64,000 bases of DNA from the NCBI RefSeq assembly GCF_963921235.1, contig NC_086107.1:112098001-112162000 (forward strand), in the 5' to 3' direction. The stretch comes from Mobula hypostoma. Lineage: Eukaryota. The notes below the pieces were generated by a model that saw only the letters and a list, made by a program, of their open reading frames with translations, made no database searches and was not told the origin of the DNA. Shown piece after piece: positions 51,901 through 64,000 of the stretch. Position numbers and translations under genes: made by a program. How positions within the stretch are numbered: the stretch's first letter is position 1; every line of letters begins with the position of its first letter.

Positions 51901-52182
51901 TGAGTGAGAGGATGTTGTTATGACACCACTCAGCCAAGTTTTCAATCTCCCTCCTGTGTGCTGATTCATCACCACCTTTGATACAGCCCACAACAGTGGT
52001 GTCATTAGCAAACTTGTATATGGTGTTGGAGTGGTACAAAGCCACACAGTCATTGGTGTAAACTGAGTAGAGCAGGGAGCTAAGCACAGAACACATATAA
52101 CACACACTTACTAATGAAGACAAGGATGAAATCTACAGACAGATTACGCATAAATAAACTAAAGTGCATAAATTAAATATTG

Positions 52183-52885
52183 TGTACGGGGTTTTTTTAT
52201 GCTAAATTTAAAATGGCTTCTTTGTTATGTTATACTGGGGAATGCTTCTTTGTTATGTTAAATGCTGAGAAAGTCTCTAGCTGGACAGTTGCTTGGGTTA
52301 ATACAGACAGCAGGGTGCTATTAGCCAATGGGTGTTTATGTATCGTTTTGTTTCGGATACCATGCTGTATCATATGACTGGGGACAGGGTTTTTGGCGGG
52401 GAGTCGGAGGAGAGACGGGGAGGACGGTGGAGAGACGGGGAGGACGGTGGAGAGACGGGGAGGACGGTGGAGAGACGGGGAGGACGGTGGAGAGACGGGG
52501 AGGACGGTGGAGAGACGGGGAGCACGGCGGACGTGCGGAAAGGCTCTGGTCGATCACTTCGGGTGGTCCCGAGCCGTGAGTCGACAGGATCCGGGTGGTC
52601 ATCAGGAATCGATTGAGCTCCAACGGTTGCGCGCGAAGAACTTGGACTTCGATAAGTCTTGGCGCTTTTTTTCCCATTACTTCCTTTTTTGTATCGAATT
52701 TATATTAATGTCATAGAATTAGTAATATCTATAAAGTGTACTTGGTAAAACGTACTGGGTGTGCTAGCTGATGATTGATGTTTGGGATTGATTTGGGTGG
52801 CAACAGACTCCGTGGGAAGCATTGAGGCAGGTGCTGGGTGGGATTTCCCCTAGACATATACGAGCCAATATAACTGAGCGTTACA
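52183..52885. mobile_element. Solo LTR (703 bp), probably Gypsy-type
   Basis: TGTA...TACA termini, 4-bp TSD ATTG on both sides, CpG-rich interior, no adjacent internal coding sequence. Confidence 0.75.
52409..52528 (+). repeat. 20-bp minisatellite GGAGAGACGGGGAGGACGGT, 5 copies plus 1 variant
   Basis: Direct reading. Confidence 0.95.
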
Positions 52886-53036
52886 ATTGTTAGTTATAGA
52901 ACAAATTAACCAGTGACACCTTGAATGTGATGCGGCAGGGAGTTCAGAAGCATGAGGAAAGAAACTGTCTCCCATTCTGAGTGTTCTTGTTTTTATGCAT
53001 TGGAGTTTCTTGACTGAGGGTAGAAAGTCAAACAGG

Positions 53037-55060
53037 ATAGATAGATACTTTAATGATCCCAAAGGAAATTAGTGTCTCAGTAGCATTACAAATGCAAAGA
53101 TATAAAAATATTAGAAGAGAAGTAGAAAGAATAAAAAATAAGTTGGCTGAAACAGTCCAATAGGACGGGGTAATCACTTCCCTGACTGTAGGTTGACTCA
53201 TTATTGAGCCTAATGGCCGAGGGTAAGAATGACCTCATATAGCGCTTTTTGGAGCAGCGCAGTTGTCTTGGTCTATTACTAAAAGTGTTCCTCTGTTCTG
53301 CCACGGTGGCATGCAGAGGGTGAGAAACATTGTCCAGAATTGCCAGGGTTTTCTGTAGGGTCCTTTGTTCTACCACGATCTCCAGTGTGTCCAGCCTTTC
53401 TAATCAGTTTATTGACCCTGTTGGCATCACCCATGTTGATGTCATTGCCCCAGCACACCACCCACATAGAAGATTGTACTGGCAACAAGAAACTGGTTGA
53501 ACATGTGAAGAAGAGGCCTGCATACTCCAAAGGACTCCAGTTTCCTCAGGAAGTAGAGGCGACTCTGGCCCTTCTTGTACACAGCCTCTGTGTTGGTGTT
53601 CCACTTGAGTCTGTCATCCAGATGCATCCCCAGGTACTTGTAGGTCCTCACCACATCAATCTCCTCAGCACCAATAGTAACAGGGAGCAGTGCAGGCTTA
53701 GTCTTCCTAAAGTCCATCACCACCTCCTTTGTCTTACTGATGTTAAGCTGCAGATGATTCAGCTTGCACTATTTGACAAAGTCCTCCACCAGGGCCCTGT
53801 AATCATCCTCCCGTCCTCCCTTTATACCTCCAACTATTGCTAAGTCATCAAAAAATTTCTGCAAATGACATGATTCAGTGTTGTATCTAAAATCCAAGGT
53901 ATATAGTAACTCTGCTTCCCATTCCCATTCAGATATGTCCATACATGGCCTCCTCTACTGCCATGATGAGGCTAAACTTAGGTTGGAGGAGTGACACCTC
54001 ATATACCGTCTAGGTAGTCTCCAGCCCCTTGGTATGAACATAGAGTTCTCCAATTTCCAGTAATTCCCTCCCCCTCTCTTCCTCTATCCCTATTTCACTC
54101 TACCCCCTCCCCCAGCTCCCTCATGGTTCCGCCTCCTTCTTCTACCACCCATTGTTTTCAGGGCTATGACGTCAATGCTTCCCCTCCCCCACCCTTTTGT
54201 CTTTCAAATTACTGGTCTATCAACTGACACTACAAGCATTCTTCAAATCCTTCCCCATCTTTCACTCTTCAGTCCTGACAAAGGGTTCCGGCTTGAAACG
54301 TCAACTCATTGTTTCTGACTGATGCTGCCCGACTTGTTGAGTTCATCCAGCGTACTGAAAGTGTTGCTTTGATCTTTTACAGCATCTGCAGATTATTTTG
54401 TGTTTACAAGGTATATAGTAAACAGGAAGGGAGCCAATGCAGTCCCCTGTGGGGCCCCAGTGCTGCTTATAGCCATGTCTGACGCACAGCTGTGAAGCCA
54501 CACAAACTGAGGTCTACCACTCAGGTAGTCCATTATCCATTAAACAATGGAAATGCCAGTCTGCATTGAATGGAGCTTCCCCCCCCAGCAATGAGGACTG
54601 TACGGTATTGAAGGCACTTAGGAAATTAAAAACCATGATCCTCACAGTGCTGCCCTGCTTATCCAAATTGGAGTAGGCTCTGTTCAGCAGATTAAAGACA
54701 GCATCTTCGACTTCAATGTGCTCCTGGTAGACAAACTGCAGGGGATTGAGCTGTTCTGACCAGGGGTCAAAGGTGAGCCGGGACCAGCCTCTCTAGGGTC
54801 TTTGTAATGTGTGAGGTCAGGGTCACTGGACGGTAGTCATTCAAGACTTTCGGTTGGCCCTTCTTGGGTACTGGGACTACTCGAGATGTTTTCCACACAG
54901 TCGGGACCCTTTCCAGGCTGAGACTCTGATTCAAAATGAGCTGAGCTCCATACAACTGCTCAGCACAGTCCTTCAGGACCTTGGGGTTCACACCATCCAG
55001 TCCCAAAACTTTGCTGTGCCTGAGTTTCCCCAGAGCCCTTCTCACCCGCTCAGATGCTGG
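53037..55060 (-). mobile_element. Rex1/Babar-type LINE RT fragment
   Basis: VVPVPKKGQPKVLNDYRPVTLTS..LERLV, MVMDFRK, YKYLGMHLD and SHPLH. Confidence 0.85.
53910..54406 (+). mobile_element. Penelope 3' fragment nested in LINE
   Basis: 15-bp TSD CAAGGTATATAGTAA (53895-53909 / 54407-54421). GIY-YIG C-terminus and mutated hammerhead core at 54271-54306. Confidence 0.85.
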
Positions 55061-55442
55061 ATGGCTGGGTGGAACCCTTGATAATGCTAAGGGTGCTTCT
55101 GATAAATGTCCCTGATGGATGATAGGGAGACCCATATGACCCTGTCATCTGTTCTCTTGGACGGCCAACCCTAGCCCCCAGCCATGCCGTCTAGTCTTCA
55201 GTACATTAGTGCACCGTGTTTGGAAACCTGGTACAAACTTTAATTGAGCAAGCTTGGGCATTGCTGGAAAATCCATCCAGGAACAGACATGCGATTAAGG
55301 ATAGGACATAGCAAGGACACAGCAAGACTATTTAACCTTGTCAAGCATAGTCGATGCAGAAGGTACAGCCTGAGCTGGGAATGAAAGCTGGGTTCAAATC
55401 TGATCTCTAGAAACATCGTCCAATTGAGTTGACAATCTAGGT

Positions 55443-56189
55443 CAGGGGTCCCCAACCTTTTCTGTACTGCGGACCTGTTTAATATTGACAATATTCTTGC
55501 GTACCGGCCGACCCGGGGGGTGCGGGGAGTGTCCAAGTAGGGTTAAACTCACCTCATCATGTCTTTTACAGTTAGGGTTGCCAACTTTCTCACTCCCAAA
55601 TAAGGGACAAAAGTAGCAGTCAAATCCTGGGACACTTTACCCCAGGAAAGACTACCATGATCATAAAGCCTTGCGCGGGCACCTGTGTGCGCATGCGTAA
55701 CGTGCGCATGTGCGTACGTGCTGGTTTTTCCCCCACAAATCGGTTTTGCCTTCATTTTCCCGACTATACTGTGTATACATTATTTCTACTTTATATAGGC
55801 TGTGTATTTATCATAACATTCCTGCTTTTACTACATGTTAGTGTTATTTATTTTCGGTTTTATGTGTTATTTGGTATGATTTGTTAGGTTATTTTTTGGG
55901 TCTGGGAACGCTCAGAATTTTTTCCCATATAAATTAATGGTAATTGCTTCTGCGCTTTACGCCGTTTTTGGCATGAAGAGTTTCATAGGAACGCTGTACC
56001 GTAGCGGGGGAAATATGGGAGAAACCAATTTAGTCCAATATATGGGATGTCCGGGCAAATATGGGACAGTTGGCAACCCTATGTTCAAGTTCAACAGTGC
56101 GTTACAGGGAATGAGGAAAAGTGCAGCTGACTCATATCGTTTCCTCACAGCCTGGTACCGGTCCGTGGCCCGGTGGTTGGGGACCGCTG
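55443..56189. mobile_element. hAT Charlie/MER1-like MITE
   Basis: TIRs CAGGGGTCCCCAACC / GGTTGGGGACCGCTG and perfect 8-bp TSD ATCTAGGT. Confidence 0.9.
55573..56081. mobile_element. Inner element with TAGGGTTGCCAAC TIRs
   Basis: 13-bp perfect inverted termini. No TSD evident. Confidence 0.7.
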
Positions 56190-57399
56190 ATCTAGGTGCA
56201 GAAGAGTCTGGACCTCAAACATCGACTGTTTAATTCCCTCCATAGAAACTGCCTGACCTGCTGAGTTCCTCCAGAATTTGGATGTGTGTGTTCCTCTCAG
56301 TTTCTAGCATCTGCAGAATCACTTGTGTTTAGGAAATCTTTCGAAGTGCTCAGTTTGTGTATTCATTTAGAATTAGATTTCTTACAGTTTATAATTTGGG
56401 ACATGCTGTGTTGAGTTGTTACAGAACGAAAAAATGACTTTGGAGCCAGATTTACAAAACTCGTTCCTCGCCTTGTCGGAGTCAGTTGAATATTTTATTC
56501 ATTAGTATAGATAAGCATGAAGGTCAGCTTAGATTGTTTGAATGATTTATTGATTAATTGATAAAGCCCGGAAGATGCTCTTCCAGCCATTTGAGCCAAC
56601 AGCCCTTAAAACTGCAATTTAACCCTTACCTAATCATGAGACAATTTACAATGACCAAGTAACCTAGTAACCGGTATGTCTTTGGACTGTGGGGGGAAAA
56701 CGGAGCACCTGGGGGAACCCCACACATTCCACAGGGAGGGCATACAGTGACTCCTTACAGAAGATGCCGGAATTGGACGCCGCACTCCGATGCCCAGAGC
56801 TGTAATAGCTTCATGCTAACCGCTACGCTCCCATGACAAACTGAGGTTGAGATTAACCGGTGAGATTAGTATATTGTCAGTGAATTATATAACTATCAGC
56901 TGGTGAAATGTGTTGGGTTCTTTCACACATCTGCAATTCTTGTTTCCATCAAGGGAACGTTTTTGTAGAAGTAAAACTGATTTTGGTTAACAACTGGAAA
57001 GCCCCCAGTTTTTCTCCACAAACCAAACTTCTGCATTTTCACCGAACACATAATCAGATGTTCTGATTTGTAGGGAAATTTGATGTCAGTTGTGACTTCA
57101 TTTTGAAAACCTAGCAACTAAATCACCTCTGATTTTTGCCAAAAGAGCAGATAGATATGCCAGTCCATATCACCACTACCACTTCCCGACTCTGAACTTT
57201 CAACAATTGTGAGTGATTTGCCTGGTTTTCAAATTCTTGGGTCAGTGAAAAGAAGTTTCCCCAACGGGCCCAATGTTGTGGATGAAAAAGAATGGTTAAA
57301 GCTGCTGAATTCACATGTACAGTATGGCCAGAGGCAAATCTTGGAACACTTGTGTTAGTGTGCCTTCAGAAAAGGAATTAGTTGATTGTGAGTGCATTT

Positions 57400-58086
57400 T
57401 CAGACTCACTGAAGAAGTTTACGAAGATTTGGTCTTCTAAAATGTTGACAACTTCTATAGATGTATGATAGAGAGCATATTGACTGGTTGCATCGCGGCC
57501 TGGTATGAAACACCAATCCCTCTAATTGAAAAGCTTGCAGGAATGTGGATATGGCCCAATTCATCATGGGCAAAGTCCTCCCCACCGTTGAGCACATCTG
57601 CTTGGAACGCTGTCACAGGAAAGCAGCATCCATCATCAAAGACCCCCACCATCCAGGCCATGCTCTCTTCTTGCTGCTGCCACCAGGAAGAAGGTACAGG
57701 AGCCTCAGGACCCACACCACCAGGTTCAGGATCGGTTATTACCCCTCAGCCATCAGACTCTTGAACCAGAGGGAATAACTTCGCTCAACTTCACTTACCC
57801 CATCACTGAACTATTCCCACAACCTCTGAACTCACTTTCAAGGACTCTTCATCTCAAGTTGATATTTACTGCTTATCTATTTAATATTATAGTTGTAGTT
57901 ATTTTTTGTCTTTTATGTATTTGCACAATTTGTTGCCTTTTGCACATTGGTTGCTTGTCCATCTTTACGTGCAGTTTTTCATTGACTTTATTGTGTTTCA
58001 TCGTATTTCCTGTGAATACCCACAGGAAAATGAATCTCAGGGTAATATATGGTGACATATATGTACTTTGTACTTGAACTTTGAAC
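57400..58086 (+). mobile_element. Rex1/Babar-type LINE 3' fragment
   Basis: IESILTGCIAAWY and IIKDPHHPGHALF..GRRYRS. Tail cttgaactttgaact. Confidence 0.85.
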
Positions 58087-58989
58087 TAAAAGTAACATTG
58101 ACCCTTACCAATTTTTATCAATGCACTACAGAAGGCATTCTATCTGGATCCATAATTGCTTGGTATGCCATTTCCATGTGGGCGATCTGTTGGTTTTTGT
58201 GCGAGGGAAGGGTTGGGGGCCGGTTTGGGGTTTGATGTTCTAGCTGCCATTTTCCATGTGGGTTTTGGGTTTGCACATTTTGTTTCTTTTTCTTTTTCAT
58301 GGGGGTGGGAGGTCATGTCTTTTCTTTCAACAACTCCATGGTTTTTCTGTATTTCACGGCTATCTGGAGAAGGCAAATATCAGAGTTGTATTGTACATGC
58401 ATACTTTGACAATGAAATGAACCTTTGCTCTGTCCGTAACCACAAGAAGCTGCAACAAGTTGTAGATTCTCAATATAACACAGAAACCAGCCTCTTGTCT
58501 CTGGGCTCTGTCTATACTTCAGTAAAATATCCAGCATAATTGAAGACCCCACCCATCACAGGCATTTTTTCCCCTCTCCCATCAGGCAGAAGATACAAAA
58601 GCCTGAAAGCACATACCACCAGGCTCGAGGACAACTTCAATCCCACTGTTATTAGACTCTTGGAACGGACCTCTTGTATGATAAGATCGACTCTTCACCT
58701 TACGGTTTACCTCGTTATGATCTCGTACTTTAATGTTTACTTGCACTACACTTTCTCTATAGCTGTAACACTTTATTCTGCATTGTTATTGTTGCTGTCC
58801 TGCCTTGTGGCATACCGGGCACCAACCTTGCTGTTTCTTTAACATTTTGCTTTTTTTAATGAGGGTGAGTTGTTAGCTCGATGCTCGACGCTCAGCCCAG
58901 CATGGAGGCCGGGTTTGAAACCAGGACCATTTGCCTTGAAGTGCAGTGCAGGTACCACTACACCACCGGCTGGCCCTCTGCATTGTATC

Positions 58990-59406
58990 ACACACAAAAT
59001 GCTGGAGAAACTCAGCAGGTCAGGCAGAATCTATGGAGGGAAGTGAACAGTCGATGTTTCAGGCTGCGACCCTTAGTCAGGACTGTAAAGCAAGGGAGCA
59101 GAGGCCAGAATAAGGTGGTGCGGGGAGGGGAGGGTGTGCAAGTTGGCAGGTGATAGGCGATGAGAAAGGTGGGTGGGGGTGTAAAAAGCTGGGAGATGAT
59201 AGGTTGAAGAGGTAAAGGGCTGAAGAAGAAGGAATCTTATAGGAGAAGACCTTGGATCAAGAAAGAAAGGGAAGGTAAACACAAAATAATCTGCAGATGT
59301 TGGGGTCAAAGCAACACTCACAACATGCTGGAGGAACTCAGCAGGTCGGGCAGCATCCGTGGAAAAGATTGGTCGACGTTTCGGGCGGGAACCCTTCGTC
59401 AGGACC
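58990..59406 (-). mobile_element. Two adjacent Penelope terminal fragments
   Basis: Terminal motifs atgctggaggaactcagcagg. Cores at 59049-59084 (decayed) and 59371-59406 (intact). Confidence 0.75.
59371..59406 (-). ncRNA. Minimal hammerhead ribozyme motif, covarying variant
   Basis: GGTC-CTGACGA-A-GGG-TTCCCG-CCC-GAAA-C-GTC-GACC. Confidence 0.75.
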
Positions 59407-60324
59407 GGACAATAATATTGTGAAATTTGTTGGGTTAGAGTAAAGGTGCACAGTCTTTATTCCTAGGTTGGGGAATCAAAAAAAAGTATAGTGAGCCTTG
59501 GTCTGCGGTGAGAGGGGGAGATTTAATAGGAACCTCAGGGGAAACAGTTTCACCCTGAGGGTAGTCAGTATATGGAATAAGCAGCAAGTGAAAGTGGTTG
59601 AGGAGATAAATTATCAACATTCAAATGGTACCTGGACAGGTACACAGATAGGAAAGGTTCAAAGTACATGTATTATCAAATTATGTATGCAGTATACAAC
59701 TCTGAGATTCGTCTTCTCCAGACAGCCACGAAACAAAGAAAACCATAGAGCAGTTCGAAGAAAGTCATCAACCCCTCCACGTGCAAAAAAAAACAAATCG
59801 CGCAAACAGCAACAAGAATATCAACTGTAATGTGCAGATGACAAACAGAACATCAACCCCTCCCACACTAAAAAAAAAGAACAAATTGCGCAAACAGTAA
59901 CAAGAATGTCAATGCTCCCCCTCCCACCATGCTCAAAAATCAAATCATGCAGAAAGCAATAAGAACGGGTGAAAACACAGAATATAAAAAACATAACACT
60001 GTAAGAGTCCAAGTGAACCACGGTCCAATCCATAAATCACAGGCCCAGAACTTCATTATCATCCTCCAACAGCAGTGAGAGGGAGGGAGGGGGAGAGGGA
60101 GAGACACTATTCAAATGCACTCAGGAGTGGCGAGCGAGCGATCATTACACACAGACATACTTCTCCAGCAGCAGCAAGTAACAGGTATAGACCAAATACA
60201 AATACGACTAGTTTACATAGGAATCTTGGTCAGGATGGACCAGTTGGGCCGAAAGGCCTGTTTTCATCCAGTGTGACTGACTCATTGATAGAGTCTTGGA
60301 CAGTGGAGTCTTTCACCCCTCTCA

Positions 60325-61945
60325 CTCACAAACCAATCCTCATAGAGGGATCAGAAGTGGAGAGAGTGATCATTTTCAAGTTCCTGGGTGTCAGCATCTC
60401 TGAGGATCTAACCTGGTCCCAACATATCACTGCAGCTAAAGAGAAGGCAAGAGCGGTTATATTTTATCAGGAATTTGAGGAGATTTGGTTTGTCACCAAA
60501 AACTTCTTCAGATGTACCATGAAGAACATTCTGACTGACTGCAGTACTGTCTGGTATGGGGTGGCTACTGCACAGGATTGTAGCAAGCTGCAGAGAGTTG
60601 TAAAGTTAGTCAGCTCCATCATGGGCACTAGCCTCTGTAGTATCCAAGACATCTTCAAGGAGTGGTGCCTCAGAAAAACAGCTTCCATCATCAAGGACTT
60701 CCACCATCCAGGACATGCCCTCTTCTCACTGTAACAATCAGGAAAGAGGTACAGAAGCATGAAGGCAGTCAGCAATTCAGGAATAGCTTCTTCCCCTCTG
60801 CCATCCGATTTCTGAATGGACATTGAACCCATGAACACTACCTCACTACTTTCTTCTTTTTAATTCCTGTTTTTTTGCACCATTTATCTTAATTTAACTA
60901 TTTATTTACTGCGATTGATTTTTTCCTGTATTTATCATGTATTGCATTGTACTGCTGTCACAAAGTTAATAAATTTTACGACATGTGCCAGTGATATTAA
61001 ACCTGATTCTGATTCTGATTCTTTCCAATGGATGCGAAGCTAGGGAAACACAGTGAGTCATATGTTTTAGCAAGAATTGAAATCAGTCTCTCTACACCCA
61101 TGACTCTGTGGCTAGGGATAGCTCAAACAGCTTCTATAAATTTGCTGATGATACAACCACTGTTAGCAGAATTTCAGATGGTGATGAGAGGGCATACAGG
61201 AGTGATATGTACCAGTTAGTTGAGAGGTGTCACAGCAACCATCTTGCACTCAGCGTCAGTAAGACTGAAGAGCTAGTTGCGGACTTCAGGAAGGGTAAGA
61301 CGAGGGAACACAAACCAATCCTCATAGGGGGATCAGAAGTGAAGAGAGTGAGCAGTTTCAAGCTCCTCGATGTTAGTATCTGAGGACCTAACCTGGACAC
61401 AACGTATCGATGCAGCTATAAAGAAGGTAAGACAGCGGTGGTATTTCATTAGGAGTTTGAAGAGATTTGGTTTGTCACCTAAAAAAACCTCTACAAATGT
61501 ACCATGGAGAACATTCTGACTGGCTGCTTCATCGTCTGGTGTGGGGAGGGCTACCGCACAAGATCAAAGTTAGTTGCAGAAACTTGTAAAATTAGCTCTA
61601 TCACGGGTACCAGTTCCCGTAGTATCCAAGACATCTTCAGAGAATGGTGCCTTAGGAAGATGGTGTCCATCGTTAAGGACCCTCACCACCCGGAATATGT
61701 CCTTTTCTCATTGTTACTGTTGGGACGGAGGTACAGGAGCCTGAAGGCACACACTGAATGATTCAGGAACAGCTTTTTACCCTCTGCCATCCGATTGTCT
61801 AAATGGGCATTGACCCTCATGACCACTACCTCACTGCTTTTTTATTCCTGTTAATTTGCGCTAATAGTTCAACTTAACTATTATATTTATACTGCTGCAG
61901 TAAAGTTAGCAAACTTCACAATGTATGCCGGTGGTATTATGTCAG
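60325..61945 (+). mobile_element. Two tandem Rex1/Babar-type LINE 3' fragments
   Basis: FKFLGVSISEDLTW, YKFADDTTTV and KDPHHP..GRRYRS. Tail (GATTCT)n at ~61010. Confidence 0.85.
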
Positions 61946-62344
61946 ATTTGCTAAGGCACTGTGGTTTGAGAAATACGGCCTTAAATTTTGTCAAATATGC
62001 TAAAGATTTTCAGAAGCACATTTCTGAATATTGTTTGGTCACCGGTGGCATTGCTGCGGGGTCAGACACACCAATTATACCACATGATTTCTGGCATTCA
62101 TGTTATTTGGGAAATGTTTCCAGCTGTATAGACAGTACTTCGTTAAATACCAAGAAATGATCATCGGGCAGTTACTTCCTTTTGCAATAGATACCGGTTT
62201 TTCTGACATTTGATTCTTGGAATTTGATCATAAATTTCAAGATGTTTAACATGCCGTCACAACTTTTAACTGCTGTGGTGTCTGTACAAATTAATAATAT
62301 AACAATCGACCACAGTGGTGTATGCCTGGAATCAAAGTTCAAAG

Positions 62345-62610
62345 GGGGCAGCGCGGTAGTGTAGTGGTGAGCGCAGCGTTTTTACGGTGCAAGTACCCCA
62401 GGTTCAATTCCTGCCTCTGCCTGTAAGGAGTATGAATGTTCTCCCCGTGACTACGGAGTTTCCTTTGGGTCTCTGCTTTCCTCCCACAGACCAAAGTCAT
62501 ACCAGTTGGTAGGTTAATTGATCATTGTAAATTGTCCTGTGATTAGGCTAGGATTAAATTGGGGGTATTGACGGATGGCATGGCTTGAAAGGCCACACTG
62601 TATATCATAA
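62345..62610 (+). mobile_element. V-SINE
   Basis: GGTAGTGTAGTGG...GGTTCAATTCC head, tttcctcccaca and ggtaggttaattg. Confidence 0.7.
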
Positions 62611-62624
62611 AGGTTTTAAAAATA

Positions 62625-64000
62625 AATTTATTATCAAAGTACATATATGTTGCTACATACAACCCTGAGATTGCAGGCATTCACAGTAAATACAAGAAAC
62701 ACAATAGAATCAATGAAAGACCGCACCCAACAGGACGGACAAACAACCAATACACAAAAATGGCAACAAACTGAAAATTTGAGCCGAAAAGTCTTTGACA
62801 GTAAGTCCACAGGTGGTGGGAACAGTTCATTGATGGGGTGAATGAAGTTACCCCCTTTGGTTCAAGAGCCTGATGATTGAGGGGTGATAACTGTTCCTGA
62901 ACCTGGTGGTGCACGTCCTGAGGCTCCTGTACCCTCTTCCTGATTGTAGCTGCAAGAAGAAAGCATGTCCTGGGGGGTGAGTGTCCCTGATGATGGATGT
63001 TGCTTTCTTGTGTCAGCGCTCCATGCAGATGCTCAATGGTGGGGTGGGCTTTACGCATAATAGACTGGGTCATATCCACTACTTTTTGTAGGCTCTTCCA
63101 TTTAATGGCACCTGTGTTTCCATACCAGGTCGTGATACAACCAGTCAGTATACTCTCCAATACACATCTAGAGAAGTTAATTAAAGTTTTTACATTGCGA
63201 GACTTTTGCAAACTTATAAGAAAGTAAAGGCGCCATGACTTCTTTGTAATGACACTTTGGTAATGGACCCAGGACGGCTCCTCTGCAACGATAATACCGA
63301 GGAATTTAAAGTTGCTGACCCTCTCTACTACAGATCCCCTGATGAGGACTGACTCATGGACCTCCTTTTCCTCTTCCTGAAGTCAATAATCATCTCCTTG
63401 ACCTTGCTGACATTGTGTGAGAGGTTGTTGTTGTGGCACCACTCAGCCAGATTTTCAATCTCCCTCATATATGCAGATTCGTCACCACCTTTGATTTGGT
63501 CAACAACAGTGGTGCTGTCAGCAAATTTAAATATGGCGTTGGAGCTGTGCGTAGCCTCACGGTCATCAGTATAAAATGAGTAGAGCAGGAGGTTAAGCAC
63601 ACAGCCTTGTGGTGCTCTTGTGTTGATGGAGATTGTGGATGAGATGTTGCCAATCCGAACTGATAGGAGTCTGCAAGTGAGGAAACCGAGGATCCAATTG
63701 CTCAAGGAGGTATTGAGGTCTGGTCTTGGAGCTTACTAATAAGTTTTCAGAGGCTGAGCTCTAGTCAATGAAGAACATCCTGACATATGCATCTTCTCTG
63801 TCCAGATGTTTCAGGTGAGTGAAGAGCCAATTAAATAGTACCTGCTGTGGACTTGTTGTGCCATAGGCAAATTGGAGCAGATCCAAGTCTCTTCTCAGGC
63901 AGGAGTTGATATGTTTCATCACCAACCTCTCAAAGCACTTCATCACTGTGGATGTAATTTCTACTGGACCATAGTCATTGAAGCAGGTTACCACGTTCTT
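62625..64000 (-). mobile_element. Rex1/Babar-type LINE RT fragment running off the window
   Basis: [30 protein letters not shown] and LESILTGCITTWYG. Confidence 0.88.

Larger units (their letters stand above)
46659..52090 (-). mobile_element. Rex1/Babar-type LINE split into 46659-47421 and 51901-52090 by a CR1 insertion
   Basis: ...ttattgacatt| and |gagtgagaggatgttgtt join to match the contiguous copy at ~63405-63430. YKFANDTTVVG lies in the distal half. Confidence 0.8.

Noticed and set aside
52409..52528. Possible CRISPR-like array
   Set aside because: Head-to-tail repeats with no unique spacers, in a eukaryotic context.
52328..52716. Repetitive Arg/Gly-rich ORFs in several frames
   Set aside because: Translation artefacts of the 20-bp minisatellite in the solo LTR.
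56425..56480. Possible plus-strand exon (ttacag|AACGAAAAAATG...GGA|GTCAGT)
   Set aside because: Splice sites are weak, the peptide is unrecognisable and nothing else supports it.
60075..60734. 219-aa ORF as a host gene
   Set aside because: A chimera of repeat tails and Rex1-type LINE sequence with an internal frameshift.
62175..62285. Possible minus-strand terminal exon (TTAVKSCDGMLNILKF...)
   Set aside because: Short, no recognisable homology and no partner exons.

Overview
This is eukaryotic vertebrate genomic DNA. The repeat mix (V-SINEs, CR1, Rex1/Babar-type LINEs, Penelope elements, Tc1 and hAT) suggests a cartilaginous fish, which is an inference. Most of the window is decayed, often nested transposable elements, and nearly all ORFs in the track are TE fragments or noise. 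Host signals are sparse: a well-bounded minus-strand coding exon (6307-6796) of a gene I cannot identify, and a CpG-rich, probably bidirectional promoter region (~35.9-37.8 kb) with candidate first exons. The most notable structure comes from the Penelope-like elements (PLEs). Their termini carry minimal hammerhead ribozyme cores (at least two unrelated helix sets, one covarying variant). They recur as short TSD-flanked modules whose 5' junctions cluster at the ribozyme boundary, and as fold-back inverted pairs, including a hairpin of about 850 bp with a 1-nt spacer inside a Tc1 element. Also present are a near full-length CR1 with tandem 5' monomers, a solo LTR with a G-rich minisatellite, two IR/DR-type DD34E Tc1 copies and Charlie-like MITEs. 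Hammerheads in PLEs are already known, and I found no clearly new system. Boundaries of old repeats were read by eye and are approximate.
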